Program-made: the position numbers and the translations under genes | Shown here: positions 49,797-61,722 of the stretch, piece by piece | Layout: every line of letters begins with the position of its first letter | Numbering within the stretch: the stretch's first letter is position 1 | Source: Obrimoposthia wandeli | Taxonomy: Eukaryota | DNA length: 64,000 nt | Reading direction: 5' to 3' | NCBI GenBank assembly: GCA_977020255.1 | Contig: CDROCS010004529.1 | Location: 62,001-126,000, forward strand | Notes under the pieces: model-generated | Database searches by the model: none | Told to the model about the DNA's origin: nothing | Seen by the model: only the letters and a program-made list of their open reading frames with translations

Positions 49797-51074
49797 ATGA
49801 TTAAAATTACGAATGGTCGCGTCATAGACCCGGCGGCAGAAATAGATACAATTACTGATCTTTATATCAATAATGGCAAAATTGCAGCCATAGGCGAAGC
49901 ACCTAATGGCATTAAAATAACTGAGGTGATTGATGCAAGTAACCAGGTAGTATGCCCAGGTTTTATCGATTTAAGTGTTCACCTTAGAGAACCAGGCTTT
50001 ACCCACAAAGCAACCATCGCTAGCGAAACTAATGCAGCTGCGAGCGCAGGTATCACGACACTTGTTTGCCAGCCTACAACTAAACCTGTGATTGATAACA
50101 CCGCTGTTGCTGAACTTATTCAAGACAGAGCGCAAGCGGCTGCCAAAGCACGCGTTCTGCCAATTGGCGCGTTAACAATGGGCTTAGAGGGTAAGCAGCT
50201 ATCGCCAATGGCGGCGCTTACCAAATCAGGTTGTATCGCCTTTTCCAATGCGAGAGCCACAATAGCAAACAGCCAAGCATTACTGCGCTGTCTTGAGTAC
50301 GCTAATACCCACGACCTGCTCGTCATTTTTAATCCACAAGATAACAGCCTAGTAGCCAATGGTGTTATGCATGAAGGTTGCACCGCTTCACATATGGGTT
50401 TAGTCGGCATTCCGGAATCGGCTGAAACAATTGAAGTGGCCCGCTGCTTAATACTTATCGAACAATCTGGAGTGCGCGCTCACTTTGGCCAGCTAAGTTG
50501 TCAGCGCTCGATCAGCCTTATCACACAGGCGCGTAATAACGGCTTGCAAGTGACAGCTGATATAGCGGTTCATCATTTATTCTTCACTGATGAAAACGCC
50601 AAAGGCTTTAACAGCATGTTCCACTTGCAGCCACCACTGCGCAGTCAATTGGATCGTGCTGGCTTATTAAATGCGATGGTAACTGATGGCATACAAGCTA
50701 TTTGCTCAGATCATCAACCCCATGAAGAAGCCGCTAAACACGCACCTTTTGCAGCGACTGATGCCGGTATTTCAGGACTAGAAACGTTATTACCACTTGG
50801 CTTACAATTAGTCGACCGAGGACTAATTAGCTTGCCTCAGCTGATTGAGAAACTCACTTACTCCCCCGCTAAAATTTTAAAAATAGCTGAAGGTACTCTA
50901 GCCGTTGGCAGCCGTGCTGACATTGCTATTTTTGATCCTGAAGTGACTTGGATGGTAGATAAAGACAGTTTAATATCGGCAGGTAAAAACTCAATTTTCT
51001 TAGGCTCTGAACTCAAAGGCAAAGTGACACATACACTGCTTGCTGGAGAAGTTGTTTACCGTTCACAATTTTAG
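49797..51074 (+). CDS. pyrC': Dihydroorotase-like protein, probably inactive PyrC' (PyrX)
   Basis: Amidohydrolase fold, but DLSVHLREPG lacks the first metal His; follows pyrB. Start taken at MIKIT (49797). Confidence 0.85.
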   Translation: MIKITNGRVIDPAAEIDTITDLYINNGKIAAIGEAPNGIKITEVIDASNQVVCPGFIDLSVHLREPGFTHKATIASETNAAASAGITTLVCQPTTKPVIDNTAVAELIQDRAQAAAKARVLPIGALTMGLEGKQLSPMAALTKSGCIAFSNARATIANSQALLRCLEYANTHDLLVIFNPQDNSLVANGVMHEGCTASHMGLVGIPESAETIEVARCLILIEQSGVRAHFGQLSCQRSISLITQARNNGLQVTADIAVHHLFFTDENAKGFNSMFHLQPPLRSQLDRAGLLNAMVTDGIQAICSDHQPHEEAAKHAPFAATDAGISGLETLLPLGLQLVDRGLISLPQLIEKLTYSPAKILKIAEGTLAVGSRADIAIFDPEVTWMVDKDSLISAGKNSIFLGSELKGKVTHTLLAGEVVYRSQF

Positions 51075-51088
51075 TTTGTTACTAGAAT

Positions 51089-51119
51089 AGCCGTTAGCGA
51101 CTAACACTAATGGCTTTTT
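51089..51119 (+). terminator. Intrinsic terminator after pyrC'
   Basis: AGCCGTTAG / CTAATGGCT followed by TTTT. Confidence 0.65.
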
Positions 51120-51185
51120 AGATTTTGACCCAGGTAAGCATCTATTGCTTACTTTAGCAGGTTTTTGGCGCTAAAAACGGGAGGG

Positions 51186-51602
51186 TTAACTTATTCGTGT
51201 AAAGATTTTTTGATTTTTATTCGACACAAAATTAATACTTTTATAAAACTGATGCGCGCTTTCACGTTGCTCGTTACATCGCACTCGCCAACTCCCCGGT
51301 TGTTGCGCCATCCCAAAATCAACCAGCTGTTTTGCAACGCCCATCCTGCGTTGACTCGCACAGACCACTAATCCTGCAATTTCATAAAAGCTCGCACTGG
51401 CTAATCTATTTGCCTTAAAGCAATGCATCCAACCGATGATTTCATCTTGCTGTTGCGCAACATATACTCTGTCATGCTCTGTTTGTAATAGTTCTTTAAG
51501 ACGTAACAGTGCCGTTGAATCAGAGACTTTTTCATAACCTAAGTAACTGGATAAAGCATTTATACTTGGAGCGTCAGCTAAAATGGCTTCACGTATCAAC
51601 AT
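51186..51602 (-). CDS. GNAT-family N-acetyltransferase
   Basis: EIAGLVVCASQRRMGVAKQL, RVRCNEQRESAHQFY. Confidence 0.88.
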   Translation of the reverse strand: MLIREAILADAPSINALSSYLGYEKVSDSTALLRLKELLQTEHDRVYVAQQQDEIIGWMHCFKANRLASASFYEIAGLVVCASQRRMGVAKQLVDFGMAQQPGSWRVRCNEQRESAHQFYKSINFVSNKNQKIFTRIS

Positions 51603-51760
51603 GCCGCTCCTTCAAAATTAAGTTTTTGCAAACTAAAAAAAGAGTATTGTTATAGTCTGCTACTAATAATCAATAAGCAACGCACTTATATTTTTATGCG
51701 CGCTACTGATGATTTAAACCTTTTCAATTACTTATCAATGACTTACGCTTTAGTAATTAA

Positions 51761-52795
51761 TTATTTAGCGGGTCTCGGCGCATAAGCTAGCACATCTGAT
51801 AGTAATTGAGACTCAAGCATACCTTTGCTCTCACAGGCACCTAACAACGCGTAAACCATCGCGGGAGAACCGCTGGCTAACATAGTTACATCTGAAAACT
51901 GCTCAAAATCTTGCAATACTGCCGCGGGTAATAAATCAATACGCCCAGTCCATTCACAAGCTTCTGTAGGATCACTGATCACTGGGTGATAAGTGATTTG
52001 TGCATGCTCAGCTGCCCATTGCTCTGGTAGTAACGACCAATACAAATCACTGGCAACACGTACTCCCCAATAAATATGGATCTGGTTTTGTGCACCTTGC
52101 GCTAATAGATGCTCAACGACGCTTTTAACTTGTGAAAAGCCGGTGCTAGCAGCCGCTAGAATAACGATACTTTGGCTATCTAAATCATTAGCATCGATAA
52201 AAGCATCACCTTTGGCTAGCTCTACATCAATCTGCTGTTCGTTTTGCAGATGTTTCAACAAAGCACTTGATAACTCGCTGTGCGGATTATGCCTGATATG
52301 CAACTCTAAATTACGCCCTGCTTCTGGTGCAGAACCTATCGAAAAAGAAGCACTCTTACCGCTTGGCAAAAAAAGATCTAAATATTGCCCGGCATAATAG
52401 CTAACGCTTTGGCTTGCGGTGGCTGGTAATAGTAATTTTACTTGGTACACATCATGGTTTAGTTTTTCAACACTTTGAATGCTGCAATTCAATTTTTTCA
52501 CTGCTAATTCCCCTGAGCATTTCAGCCCATCAATCTCTATTCTTATATTACTCTGCGGCCTCGACGTACAGGCGAAGCCATTCATTGGTTTTTGTGAATG
52601 ACACTCTTTAACTATTTTACACTCTGGATAGCTTTGTTGTATAACACCATCCAATAGCTGGTACAGACATATTCGACAAACACCATTTAAACAACTAGCT
52701 GGCATGGTATAACCTTGCCTTTGAATAGCCTGTAAAATAGTTTCATCTTTGCTAATCGCTAGCTGCAAATTATTAACAACAAGATCATAATGCAA
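51761..52795 (-). CDS. 2Fe-2S/FAD NAD(P)H oxidoreductase (Fre / CDP-6-deoxy-glucoseen reductase-like)
   Basis: SCLNGVCRIC...FAC ferredoxin motif, AGQYL, ASFSIGS, AASTGFSQ, YWGVR, SGSPAMV; downstream of ubiD. Confidence 0.88.
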   Translation of the reverse strand: MHYDLVVNNLQLAISKDETILQAIQRQGYTMPASCLNGVCRICLYQLLDGVIQQSYPECKIVKECHSQKPMNGFACTSRPQSNIRIEIDGLKCSGELAVKKLNCSIQSVEKLNHDVYQVKLLLPATASQSVSYYAGQYLDLFLPSGKSASFSIGSAPEAGRNLELHIRHNPHSELSSALLKHLQNEQQIDVELAKGDAFIDANDLDSQSIVILAAASTGFSQVKSVVEHLLAQGAQNQIHIYWGVRVASDLYWSLLPEQWAAEHAQITYHPVISDPTEACEWTGRIDLLPAAVLQDFEQFSDVTMLASGSPAMVYALLGACESKGMLESQLLSDVLAYAPRPAK

Positions 52796-52800
52796 TTTGT

Positions 52801-54309
52801 TTACTCTTTAGTCTGCTTCTCAACTCGATCAATACCTAATTGCTGCCATATATCATCTATTTTCGCAACAACAGCTTGATCCATTGCAATTGGCTCTCCC
52901 CATTCACGAGTCGTTTCACCTTGCCATTTGTTAGTCGCATCTAAACCCATTTTAGAGCCTAAACCTGAAACGGGTGAAGCGAAATCAAGATAGTCAATTG
53001 GAGTATTATCAATCAACACCGTATCTCTAGAGGGGTCCATACGCGTAGTAATCGCCCAAATAACATCTTCCCAGTTTCGTGCGTCTACATCATCATCACA
53101 AACTATAACGAATTTTGTATACATAAACTGCCGTAAAAACGACCATACACCTAGCATTATGCGCTTAGCATGCCCTGGGTACTCTTTCTTTATAGTGACG
53201 ACTGCTAAGCGATAAGAACAACCCTCTGGAGGCAAGTAAAAATCAACAATTTCTGGAAACTGCTTTTGTAGTATCGGTATGAAAACTTCATTTAGTGCAA
53301 CACCCAATATGGCGGGCTCATCTGGCGGCCTTCCAGTATACGTGCTGTGATAAATAGGCTTTTCTCTATGGGTAATCGTTTCTACCGTAAAAACGGGAAA
53401 CTTATCTGTCTCATTATAATAGCCAGTGTGATCCCCAAAAGGGCCTTCTTCAGCCATTTCATCTGGATAGATAAAACCTTCAAGGATGAATTCAGCACTG
53501 GCGGGCACTTGCAAATCACTACCCAAGCAATTAACTACTTCCGTCTTACTACCCCGAAGCAAGCCTGCAAAGGCATATTCTGACAGTGAGTCAGGTACTG
53601 GTGTTACTGCACCCAGTATAGTCGCAGGATCCGCGCCTAGTGCAACCGCAACAGGATAGGGCTCGCCCGGATGCTCCTTTTGCCACTCTCTGAAATCTAA
53701 AGCCCCGCCACGATGTGCTAACCAGCGCATAATCAACTTATTTTTTCCGATAAGCTGCTGGCGATATATACCTAAATTTTGCCGCTCTTTATAAGGACCT
53801 CGTGTTACGACTAAGGGCCAAGTCACTAATGGCCCGGCATCACCTGGCCAGCAAGTTTGGATAGGTAGTTTAGTTAAATCAACATCATCGCCTGTAATTA
53901 CAAACTGCTGGCAAGGCGCTTTCTTAACTACTTTAGGCGCCATGTTCAGTACTTGTTTGTATATCGGCATTTTATCCCAGGCATCGCGCATTCCCTTGGG
54001 CGGTTCCGGCTCTTTTAACGCGGCTAATACCTTGCCTACTTCGCGCAACGCCGTTACATCTTGTTGCCCCATCCCAAGCGCTACCCGCTCTGGAGTACCG
54101 AACAAGTTCGTTAAAACGGGGTACTCATAACCTTTTGGGTTTTCAAAAAGTAACGCGGGGCCTTTTGCTTTTAAAGTGCGATCACTAATTTCAGTCATTT
54201 CTAAATAAGGATCTATTTCTTGCTTGATCCTGACCAATTCACCACGCTCTTCCAGCATAGCGATAAAATCTCTAAGATCTTTATACTTTGGTTGTGGCAT
54301 AAGCTGCAC
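52801..54309 (-). CDS. ubiD: 4-hydroxy-3-polyprenylbenzoate decarboxylase
   Basis: [54 protein letters not shown]. True start may be at 54300. Confidence 0.97.
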   Translation of the reverse strand: MQLMPQPKYKDLRDFIAMLEERGELVRIKQEIDPYLEMTEISDRTLKAKGPALLFENPKGYEYPVLTNLFGTPERVALGMGQQDVTALREVGKVLAALKEPEPPKGMRDAWDKMPIYKQVLNMAPKVVKKAPCQQFVITGDDVDLTKLPIQTCWPGDAGPLVTWPLVVTRGPYKERQNLGIYRQQLIGKNKLIMRWLAHRGGALDFREWQKEHPGEPYPVAVALGADPATILGAVTPVPDSLSEYAFAGLLRGSKTEVVNCLGSDLQVPASAEFILEGFIYPDEMAEEGPFGDHTGYYNETDKFPVFTVETITHREKPIYHSTYTGRPPDEPAILGVALNEVFIPILQKQFPEIVDFYLPPEGCSYRLAVVTIKKEYPGHAKRIMLGVWSFLRQFMYTKFVIVCDDDVDARNWEDVIWAITTRMDPSRDTVLIDNTPIDYLDFASPVSGLGSKMGLDATNKWQGETTREWGEPIAMDQAVVAKIDDIWQQLGIDRVEKQTKE

Positions 54310-54366
54310 TCATTCTTTTCGCTTTTTATGCTTTACTCAATAGGTAAAACACCATTATCTTTACAC

Positions 54367-54400
54367 AAAAAAAAAGGCCGGCTTGCGCCTGCCTTTTTTT
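54367..54400. terminator. Bidirectional-type intrinsic terminator after rho
   Basis: A-run, AGGC...GCCT stem, T-run. Confidence 0.75.
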
Positions 54401-54447
54401 AAATTATCTTTTTAAATTATCGCTTCATAATTATAGAACTGTTAAAT

Positions 54448-55707
54448 CTATTTTCGACGCATCGATAAAAAGAATTCTTCATTAGTCTTAAAGTCTTTTA
54501 GCTTATCTAATACAAACTCTATAGCCGCAGTATCTTCCATAGGATCGAGTAATTTACGCAGTATCCACATACGTTGTAACTCTTCATCTGTGGTCAATAG
54601 ATCTTCGCGACGAGTACCTGAACGGCGAATATTAATCGCTGGATAAATACGTTTTTCAGCGGCTTTACGATCAAGATGCACTTCAGAGTTACCTGTACCT
54701 TTGAATTCTTCAAAGATAACTTCATCCATCTTAGAACCAGTATCGATAAGCGCAGTTGCTATAATAGTTAAACTACCGCCTTCTTCAATATTACGTGCTG
54801 CACCAAAGAAACGTTTAGGACGCTCAAGGGCATGTGCATCAACACCACCGGTTAATACTTTACCTGAAGATGGAATAACGGTGTTGTAAGCTCTTGCTAG
54901 ACGTGTGATTGAATCTAACAAGATCACCACATCTTTTTTATGTTCAGTTAATCGCTTGGCTTTTTCAATAACCATTTCTGCTACTTGCACGTGACGCGCA
55001 GGTGGCTCATCGAAAGTAGAGGCAACGACTTCTCCGCGAACAGTGCGCTGCATTTCAGTTACTTCTTCCGGGCGCTCATCGATTAACAAAACGATTAAAT
55101 GACATTCTGGATTATTACGCGCGATACTGTTGGCTATATTTTGTAGCATCAACGTTTTACCCGCTTTTGGCGGCGATACTACTAATGCACGTTGGCCTTT
55201 ACCAATAGGGGCCATTAAATCGATAACACGTGCCGTTAGATCTTCAGTACTACCATTACCCATTTCAAGCTTCATACGCTCTTGAGCATATAATGGTGTT
55301 AGATTTTCAAACAACACCTTATTCTTTGCGTTTTCTGGGCGGTCGTAGTTAATTTCATTTACTTTTAGTAGCGCGAAATAGCGTTCGCTATCTTTAGGTG
55401 GGCGGATTTTACCGGCAACTGTATCACCTGTACGTAAATTGAAACGTCTGATTTGGCTCGGAGAAACATAGATATCGTCAGGACCGGCAAGGTAGGATGC
55501 ATCGGCAGAACGCAAGAACCCATATCCGTCTTGAAGAATTTCCAGCACACCATCGCCGTAAATATCTTCGCCACCTTTCGCATGCTTTTTAAGAATTGAA
55601 AAGATAACATCTTGTTTACGTGAACGACCTAGGTTTTCTAGGCCCATGTCTTTAGCTGTTTCGATTAAATCGTGAACGCTTTTTGTTTTTAATTGGGTAA
55701 GATTCAT
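54448..55707 (-). CDS. rho: Transcription termination factor Rho
   Basis: MNLTQLK start (55707), [35 protein letters not shown]. Confidence 0.98.
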   Translation of the reverse strand: MNLTQLKTKSVHDLIETAKDMGLENLGRSRKQDVIFSILKKHAKGGEDIYGDGVLEILQDGYGFLRSADASYLAGPDDIYVSPSQIRRFNLRTGDTVAGKIRPPKDSERYFALLKVNEINYDRPENAKNKVLFENLTPLYAQERMKLEMGNGSTEDLTARVIDLMAPIGKGQRALVVSPPKAGKTLMLQNIANSIARNNPECHLIVLLIDERPEEVTEMQRTVRGEVVASTFDEPPARHVQVAEMVIEKAKRLTEHKKDVVILLDSITRLARAYNTVIPSSGKVLTGGVDAHALERPKRFFGAARNIEEGGSLTIIATALIDTGSKMDEVIFEEFKGTGNSEVHLDRKAAEKRIYPAINIRRSGTRREDLLTTDEELQRMWILRKLLDPMEDTAAIEFVLDKLKDFKTNEEFFLSMRRK

Positions 55708-55953
55708 ATATTTGAAATGATGGACACTATTTGGGCGAAGCTTAAGAATGAATGAATAGTTTAAAAAAACTAAATGGCGAGAAAACTTGGAAATGCATGT
55801 TTGATATTTTTTAGCTTTGAAGATCATGCTCTGTCTGAAGAATGTCTCAGCAGTACAATCTTGTTAAATATAAAAGGTTGATCGTTAACTGTCCAGTAAA
55901 ATTAAGGTAGAAAGCAATATTAATTGATTCTACCTATTTTTTAATAACAATAA

Positions 55954-56283
55954 TTATAGATTTTCGTCAATAAAAGCAGCTAACTGCGACTTTGATAAAG
56001 CACCGACTTTAGTGGCTTCTAAGTTACCGCCTTTAAATAACATCAAAGTAGGAATCCCACGGATGCCAAACTTTGGTGGTGTTTCACTATTTTCATCGAT
56101 ATTTAACTTGCACACAATTAAACCTTTATCGGCGTAATCTTTGGCTATTTCTTCTAAAACGGGTGCTATCATTTTGCAAGGACCACACCATTCAGCCCAA
56201 TAGTCAACTAACACTGCACCTTCTGCATTTAACACATCTTCTTCAAAAGAGGCATCTGTTACATTGATAATATTATTGCTCAT
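55954..56283 (-). CDS. trxA: Thioredoxin 1
   Basis: [13 protein letters not shown]; upstream of rho. Confidence 0.97.
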   Translation of the reverse strand: MSNNIINVTDASFEEDVLNAEGAVLVDYWAEWCGPCKMIAPVLEEIAKDYADKGLIVCKLNIDENSETPPKFGIRGIPTLMLFKGGNLEATKVGALSKSQLAAFIDENL

Positions 56284-56572
56284 TAACTATCTCCTAAATA
56301 CTGCTAATTCTAGTCAGTTTGTTGAGAGGACCCCAAATTCACTGATCTAAACTTAATTAATATAAGCCTATAATAGTGCTCAATCTGATATTTTCAACCG
56401 CTTGTGAAGAATTTACTAAAGCGTATCTCGTGAATACTACTATTGATAATCGATTTAAATGCCATCAGCCTGCAAAAAGCGACAGTGAAGCGTTTCTCTT
56501 TTTCTAGCTAACGACTGCTAAATATCGTCATTTTAAATTTTAAACGTCAATATTTAGCAGTGACTGGATAAG

Positions 56573-58120
56573 CTAAAGAGATTCAGGCCCTGCAGCGATG
56601 ATTTTTTCAGATACCGCTTCGAACTTAGTGAAGTTTTTAGTGAATTTTTCAATCAACTGGTTAGCTTCTAAATCGTATGAAGCTGCATCCGCCCATGTAT
56701 TTCTAGGCTGAAGCAATGCATTATCAACACCTGGGACATCTAATGGCACATCTAAGTTCAAACCATCTAAGTGTACTGTTTGAGCCCCCACTAATGATCC
56801 ATTTTGAATCGCTGCGATAATGCCTCGAGTTGTAGGAATACTAAAACGTGTACCGGTACCGTAAGCACCGCCTGTCCAGCCTGTATTTACTAAGTAAACT
56901 TGCGAGCCAAACTCTTCTATACGCTTAATCAACAAGTCAGCGTAAACGCTGGCAGCTCTTGGGAAGAAAGGCGCACCAAAGCAAGTTGAAAATGTAGATT
57001 TAATACCACCACCAGAACCCATTTCAGTGGAGCCTACCAATGCAGTATATCCTGACAAAAAGTGATAGGCCGCAGCTTCATTAGATAAAATCGATACCGG
57101 AGGCAACACACCTGTTAAATCACATGTTAAGAAAATAATCGCTTTAGGCTCTCCGCCTAAATTTTGCTCTGTACGCTTTTCAACATGCTCTAAAGGATAA
57201 GCACAACGCCCATTTTCAGTATGGCTAGTATCATCGTAATCAGCTACTTTTTGCGTATCTAAAACCACGTTTTCAACAATAGCGCCGAAACGGATTGCAT
57301 CCCAAATAATTGGCTCATTTTTCTGAGAGAGGTTAATCGTTTTTGCATAGCACCCCCCTTCCAGATTAAAGACCACACCTTTACCCCAACCGTGCTCATC
57401 ATCACCAATAAGATAGCGTTCAGGGTCTGCTGATAATGTTGTTTTACCCGTGCCTGATAAGCCAAAGAATAAGGTAGTATCACCTTCTTCGCCAACGTTT
57501 GCAGAACAGTGCATTGGCAGCACATCTTTTTCAGGTAATAAAAAGTTTTGCACTGAAAACATGGCTTTCTTCATTTCGCCTGCATAGCGCATACCGGCTA
57601 ATAGCACCTTGCGTTTTGCGAAGTTTAGAATCACACAACCATCGCTGTTAGTACCGTCGCGCTCAGGCTCACAAACAAACTCAGCGGCGTTAATAATTTG
57701 CCATTCTTCTTTAGATTTAGGATTATATTCATCTGGGATAATGAATAAATTCTGACCGAATAAGTTCTGCCAAGCAGTTTGGGTTGACATTTTAACGGCT
57801 AAGTAATGACTATTATCCGAACCGACATGCACATTTGAAACATAGTGCTCTTGTGCACCTAAATAATTTTCAACTCTATCCCAAAGGGCATCAAATTTGT
57901 CTGCATCAAATGGGCGATTCACACTACCCCAATCAATAAGATCTGAAGTACTAGGCTCATCAACGATAAACCTATCTAGGGGAGAACGCCCTGTGCGAGC
58001 TCCAGTATTCACCACTAGCGCACCGCTGTTCGCAAGCTCGCCTTCCCCATTTTTTACTGCGTGCTGAACGAGTTCAGCACGGCTCAAATTCATATGAACT
58101 ACATCTGTTTTATTGGTCAT
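56573..58120 (-). CDS. pckA: PEP carboxykinase (ATP)
   Basis: [48 protein letters not shown]. Confidence 0.97.
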   Translation of the reverse strand: MTNKTDVVHMNLSRAELVQHAVKNGEGELANSGALVVNTGARTGRSPLDRFIVDEPSTSDLIDWGSVNRPFDADKFDALWDRVENYLGAQEHYVSNVHVGSDNSHYLAVKMSTQTAWQNLFGQNLFIIPDEYNPKSKEEWQIINAAEFVCEPERDGTNSDGCVILNFAKRKVLLAGMRYAGEMKKAMFSVQNFLLPEKDVLPMHCSANVGEEGDTTLFFGLSGTGKTTLSADPERYLIGDDEHGWGKGVVFNLEGGCYAKTINLSQKNEPIIWDAIRFGAIVENVVLDTQKVADYDDTSHTENGRCAYPLEHVEKRTEQNLGGEPKAIIFLTCDLTGVLPPVSILSNEAAAYHFLSGYTALVGSTEMGSGGGIKSTFSTCFGAPFFPRAASVYADLLIKRIEEFGSQVYLVNTGWTGGAYGTGTRFSIPTTRGIIAAIQNGSLVGAQTVHLDGLNLDVPLDVPGVDNALLQPRNTWADAASYDLEANQLIEKFTKNFTKFEAVSEKIIAAGPESL

Positions 58121-58497
58121 TGCTAAATCCTTTGGCGATTAGCCAAACTCCACCTGTAAGCGAAAAATTAATTTTATAAACGATCTCTCACATCTATGTG
58201 TGAGTTGATAGTGCGCATTATCACTGCTAAAAAATATCTTATCAGTGATATGGCTGGGGCTATGCGTTAAAGCTCAATGTCATTTCATAGTTACAAATGC
58301 GTTAAACTTTAAATTTCACCCTTATACCTCTGCCTATAAATATCACAGCAATAGCCTTATCACTCTTGATGGTGATCTTTAACTGTTTTACTGCGCTAAA
58401 AATTGGCATTTAACAATGAGCCCATCCTCGAATAAGCTAAACTCACTGCCTTGAATATTCTATGTGTTGTTTTAACGTATTTCTTTGTACATAAGCA

Positions 58498-59373
58498 TCA
58501 ATGTAAGTTCTCTGATTTTGATTGCTTTTTGTCAGCACAAATTTTAACGACATCTTGTTCATCAAAACTATATTTGCTATTACAAAACTGACAATCAATT
58601 TCGATAGTGCCGCGCTCGGCAATGATTTCGTGTAGTTCATCGCTACCCAATAATTTTAAAACATCTTCACTGCGCTGCCTTGAACACTGGCACTTAAAAG
58701 AAATGTTTTCTGCTTCAAATAATCGGCATTGCTCTTCATGAAACAGTCTAAATAATAATGTTTCGTTATCAAGTGAGAGTAATTCATCAGGTTTTAAGGT
58801 GCTTGCAAGTAAAGATAGCCTTTGCCAATCTTCTTCACCGCTTTGCTTGGCAGGCATCACTTGCAGCATTAAGCCACGTGCTTGTGAGCCATCGCAGGCG
58901 AGCGAAAAGTGTGTATCTAACTGTTCAGATCGCTGGAAGTAATCAGCTAAGCACTGTGCCAAAGTTTCATTTTCTAATGGCACGAAGCCTTGGTAGCGTT
59001 GACCAACTTCAGGTTCTATGGTGATCACTAAATGCCCTTTTACCAGCATTTCTTGAAAACTGAGATTACTGGCTATATCTTCATCAAATTGCGCTATAGC
59101 GCGACATTCATTTAAATGATTACACTCAGCCATTAAAGCAGAGACACTACCCTCTCCTTTCGCTTGTAAAATCAATTTACCGTTAAACTTCAAATTAGTA
59201 CTTAAGATAGTAACCGCAGCTAACATTTGTCCTAAGATTTGCTCTATCACTACTGGATAGTTTTGCAAACCCATAATTTCTTGATAGCTATCTTCTAAAC
59301 GGGTTACAACACCGCGAACGTCAATATTATCGAATAATATACGCTGAATTTGATCTCTACTTTGCATGGCCAC
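58498..59373 (-). CDS. hslO: Hsp33 redox-regulated chaperone
   Basis: YFQRSEQL, FKCQCSR, IDCQFCN zinc motifs. Confidence 0.95.
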   Translation of the reverse strand: MAMQSRDQIQRILFDNIDVRGVVTRLEDSYQEIMGLQNYPVVIEQILGQMLAAVTILSTNLKFNGKLILQAKGEGSVSALMAECNHLNECRAIAQFDEDIASNLSFQEMLVKGHLVITIEPEVGQRYQGFVPLENETLAQCLADYFQRSEQLDTHFSLACDGSQARGLMLQVMPAKQSGEEDWQRLSLLASTLKPDELLSLDNETLLFRLFHEEQCRLFEAENISFKCQCSRQRSEDVLKLLGSDELHEIIAERGTIEIDCQFCNSKYSFDEQDVVKICADKKQSKSENLH

Positions 59374-59689
59374 TTTTAAAATTCAAAATTGATTGTTTAA
59401 AGCATCAACTAATCAAATAATTCTTCAATTAGTTCAGTCTTATTTCAAAGCCTTTGGTACTTCGAACGCTGGCTACTTTTCCCGATATATTCTAAGCGGC
59501 CTTTAAAGCCTAAAAAGCCACTTACATAATGTATAAAGCGAAATGTTAACATAAAAATAACGAAATTCCCTAGAGCCCTTTTCGACTTAGCGCCAATCTA
59601 TTCCATATTAGCTGAGTCTCTATAAAGAGAGTGTCGCTAGAACTTAACTAATCACTGTTTTTTAAATGTATTAGCTATCTGTTTATCGA

Positions 59690-59724
59690 TCAAAAAAACA
59701 AACGGTAACCGCTGGTTTTTTTGA
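59690..59724. terminator. Terminator-like inverted repeat after hslR
   Basis: TCAAAAAAAC ... GTTTTTTTGA. Confidence 0.6.
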
Positions 59725-59738
59725 AAAAGAAGGGAAGC

Positions 59739-60140
59739 TTATTCAGGGTTGAGCAGTAATTCTTTGGTTTTTTGAATTTGGCGGCGACTACGTTTATCAG
59801 GCTTATGCCCTGGTGTTAAATCGCCCGCATTTAAGATTTTTCGCTGAATGGCATCGTCTTCGCGCTTTTTTACACTCTGCGCTGTTTCAGCATATAGCAG
59901 TATTGCCTCTGGAGCTCCTCTGCGCTGTTCTGATAAAGCGATCACTTCAACAACGCGTTCATCCCAGCCTTGCCTAATCTTAATCAAGGCGCCTGTTTCC
60001 ACTACTTTGCTGCTTTTACTACGCTGCCCATCGTAGTGAACTTTGCCACCTTCCAGCGCTTTTTTAGCTAATGCTCTGGTTTTAAAAAATCGCGCTGCCC
60101 ACAGCCATTTATCTAATCGTATTCTTGCTTCAGTGCTCAT
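59739..60140 (-). CDS. hslR: Heat shock protein 15 (S4 domain)
   Basis: RLDKWLWAARFFKTRALA, KPDKRSRRQI. Confidence 0.96.
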   Translation of the reverse strand: MSTEARIRLDKWLWAARFFKTRALAKKALEGGKVHYDGQRSKSSKVVETGALIKIRQGWDERVVEVIALSEQRRGAPEAILLYAETAQSVKKREDDAIQRKILNAGDLTPGHKPDKRSRRQIQKTKELLLNPE

Positions 60141-60835
60141 AGTGTAATGACCTTTTTTGAACTAACTAAAAACTGTGATAATTGTGCGTTTAAATCAGAA
60201 AAACACGCTATTCCTATAAACTCGTTTGCAACCTCTCTTTGTACTTTCGTGTTCGGCTGCAATATATGTCTTAAATGCTTAACTCCATATTGCTGTGCTG
60301 CGCTTAAAATATCCGCAGTATCATCAATAAACAGTGATCGGCTGGGATTAAAAGGTTGCTGTTGTTGCATATCAATCCAAAAGGCCTGCTGCTCTTTAGC
60401 CACTGCAAAATCATGGGAAACAACAATGGCGTCCAAATAGTCTCCCAAATTAGTTAAGCTTAGCTTTAACTCTAAACTCGACCGATGATCGTTGGTTACT
60501 AGCACTACTTTTTTACCTGCTCTTTGTAAAGCTTGCAGAAATTGCTCTGCAAAAGGTCTAAAGGCAATATTATGAGCGACTTCTGCTTTTAAGGCTGCAA
60601 TATCTACTTTTAATTGAGCACTCCAATAATCTACACAATACCAATCAATGGTGCCTCTTTTTTTACTCAGGGTATCAAACAGAAAATCACGGCTTTGTGA
60701 TAACTCCCACCCCTTAATTTGTGCATAACGAAAGGGTAAGTGCTGCAACCAAAAATAACTGTCAAAGTGCAAATCTAATAACGTACCATCCATATCTAAC
60801 AATACAGTATCTATTTGTGACCAATCTAAACTCAT
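60137..60835 (-). CDS. yrfG: HAD-family GMP/IMP nucleotidase
   Basis: LLDMDGTLLDLHFD, WYCVDYWS, LFIDD. Confidence 0.92.
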   Translation of the reverse strand: MSLDWSQIDTVLLDMDGTLLDLHFDSYFWLQHLPFRYAQIKGWELSQSRDFLFDTLSKKRGTIDWYCVDYWSAQLKVDIAALKAEVAHNIAFRPFAEQFLQALQRAGKKVVLVTNDHRSSLELKLSLTNLGDYLDAIVVSHDFAVAKEQQAFWIDMQQQQPFNPSRSLFIDDTADILSAAQQYGVKHLRHILQPNTKVQREVANEFIGIACFSDLNAQLSQFLVSSKKVITL

Positions 60836-60989
60836 ATAACAGCTCCTTTTGGGCTGAGCATGAGGTTATGATTCAAATATTTACAGCAATTGTTGTTTAG
60901 GTATTTAAGTTGTGACAAAGTAAACTATCTCATTATTTTAAAATGCTATACGACAAACTATAGCAAAGAACTTTTTAGGAATACGCAGT

Positions 60990-61541
60990 ATGCCAATTAA
61001 ACCTGAAGTTTTGAAGGTCAAGCAGAGCGCAAAAAGCCGTTTGTTTTTGGTTGAAGAACTAAAGTTAAAATTTAGCAATGGTGTTGAACGTACATATGAG
61101 CGTTTGGCCAGTCGGGGTAATGGCGCTGTTATGATGATTGCCATCGACAGTGATAACAACTTACTACTGGTGCGTGAATACGCAGGTGGCATAGAAGACT
61201 ACACTTTATCACTGCCCAAGGGAGCGGTAGACGCAGGGGAAACTATCTTTCAAGCCGCTGATCGAGAATTAAAAGAAGAGGTCGGCTTTGGTGCAAAACG
61301 CATAGATTTTCTCAAAGAAATGACCACAGCTCCAAACTACATGGGCCATAAATTGCAGGCAGTTATTGCACGTGACTTATACCCTTGCAAATTAGAAGGT
61401 GACGAGCCCGAGCCTTTAGAAGTAGTTAAATGGCCATTATCCGATATTGATAACTTAGCCTTAAACCCTGAATTCACCGAAGGCAGAGCTATCGCAGGGC
61501 TTTATATGGCCAAGTATTTTATCGAAAACTCAAAAGAATAA
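60990..61541 (+). CDS. nudE: ADP compounds Nudix hydrolase
   Basis: FSNGVERTYERL, Nudix box GAVDAGETIFQAADRELKEEVGFG, EGDEPEPL. Confidence 0.95.
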   Translation: MPIKPEVLKVKQSAKSRLFLVEELKLKFSNGVERTYERLASRGNGAVMMIAIDSDNNLLLVREYAGGIEDYTLSLPKGAVDAGETIFQAADRELKEEVGFGAKRIDFLKEMTTAPNYMGHKLQAVIARDLYPCKLEGDEPEPLEVVKWPLSDIDNLALNPEFTEGRAIAGLYMAKYFIENSKE

Positions 61542-61667
61542 TGATCCCCGGGGCAAGCCCTCTCGCTTAGGCTTGACTTGACTTGACTTCACTTCGTGAA
61601 GTGGGGTATTTCTAGTGACTATTGGTGCTAACAAGTTCACGCCCTAAAGGGCGGGAAATTAGACCCT
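61542..61667. repeat. Cluster of GC-rich palindromes resembling IS200/IS605 ends or REP-type elements
   Basis: CCCCGGGGCAAGCCC, (CTTGA)3, ACTTCAC-TTC-GTGAAGT, GGGGTATT, CGCCCT-AA-AGGGCG. Confidence 0.45.
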
Positions 61668-61722
61668 TTATGATTTAGGCTCCGCCTAATTCATCTCTAT
61701 CAAATTGATAACTTTTGCATAA

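Noticed and set aside
55708-55827. 40-aa N-terminal extension of Rho in the ORF track
   Set aside because: The canonical MNLTQLK start at 55707 gives a normal 419-aa Rho.
58186-58204. CRP site upstream of pckA (TCACA-N6-TGTGA)
   Set aside because: The half-sites are in the reverse arrangement to the CRP consensus TGTGA-N6-TCACA.
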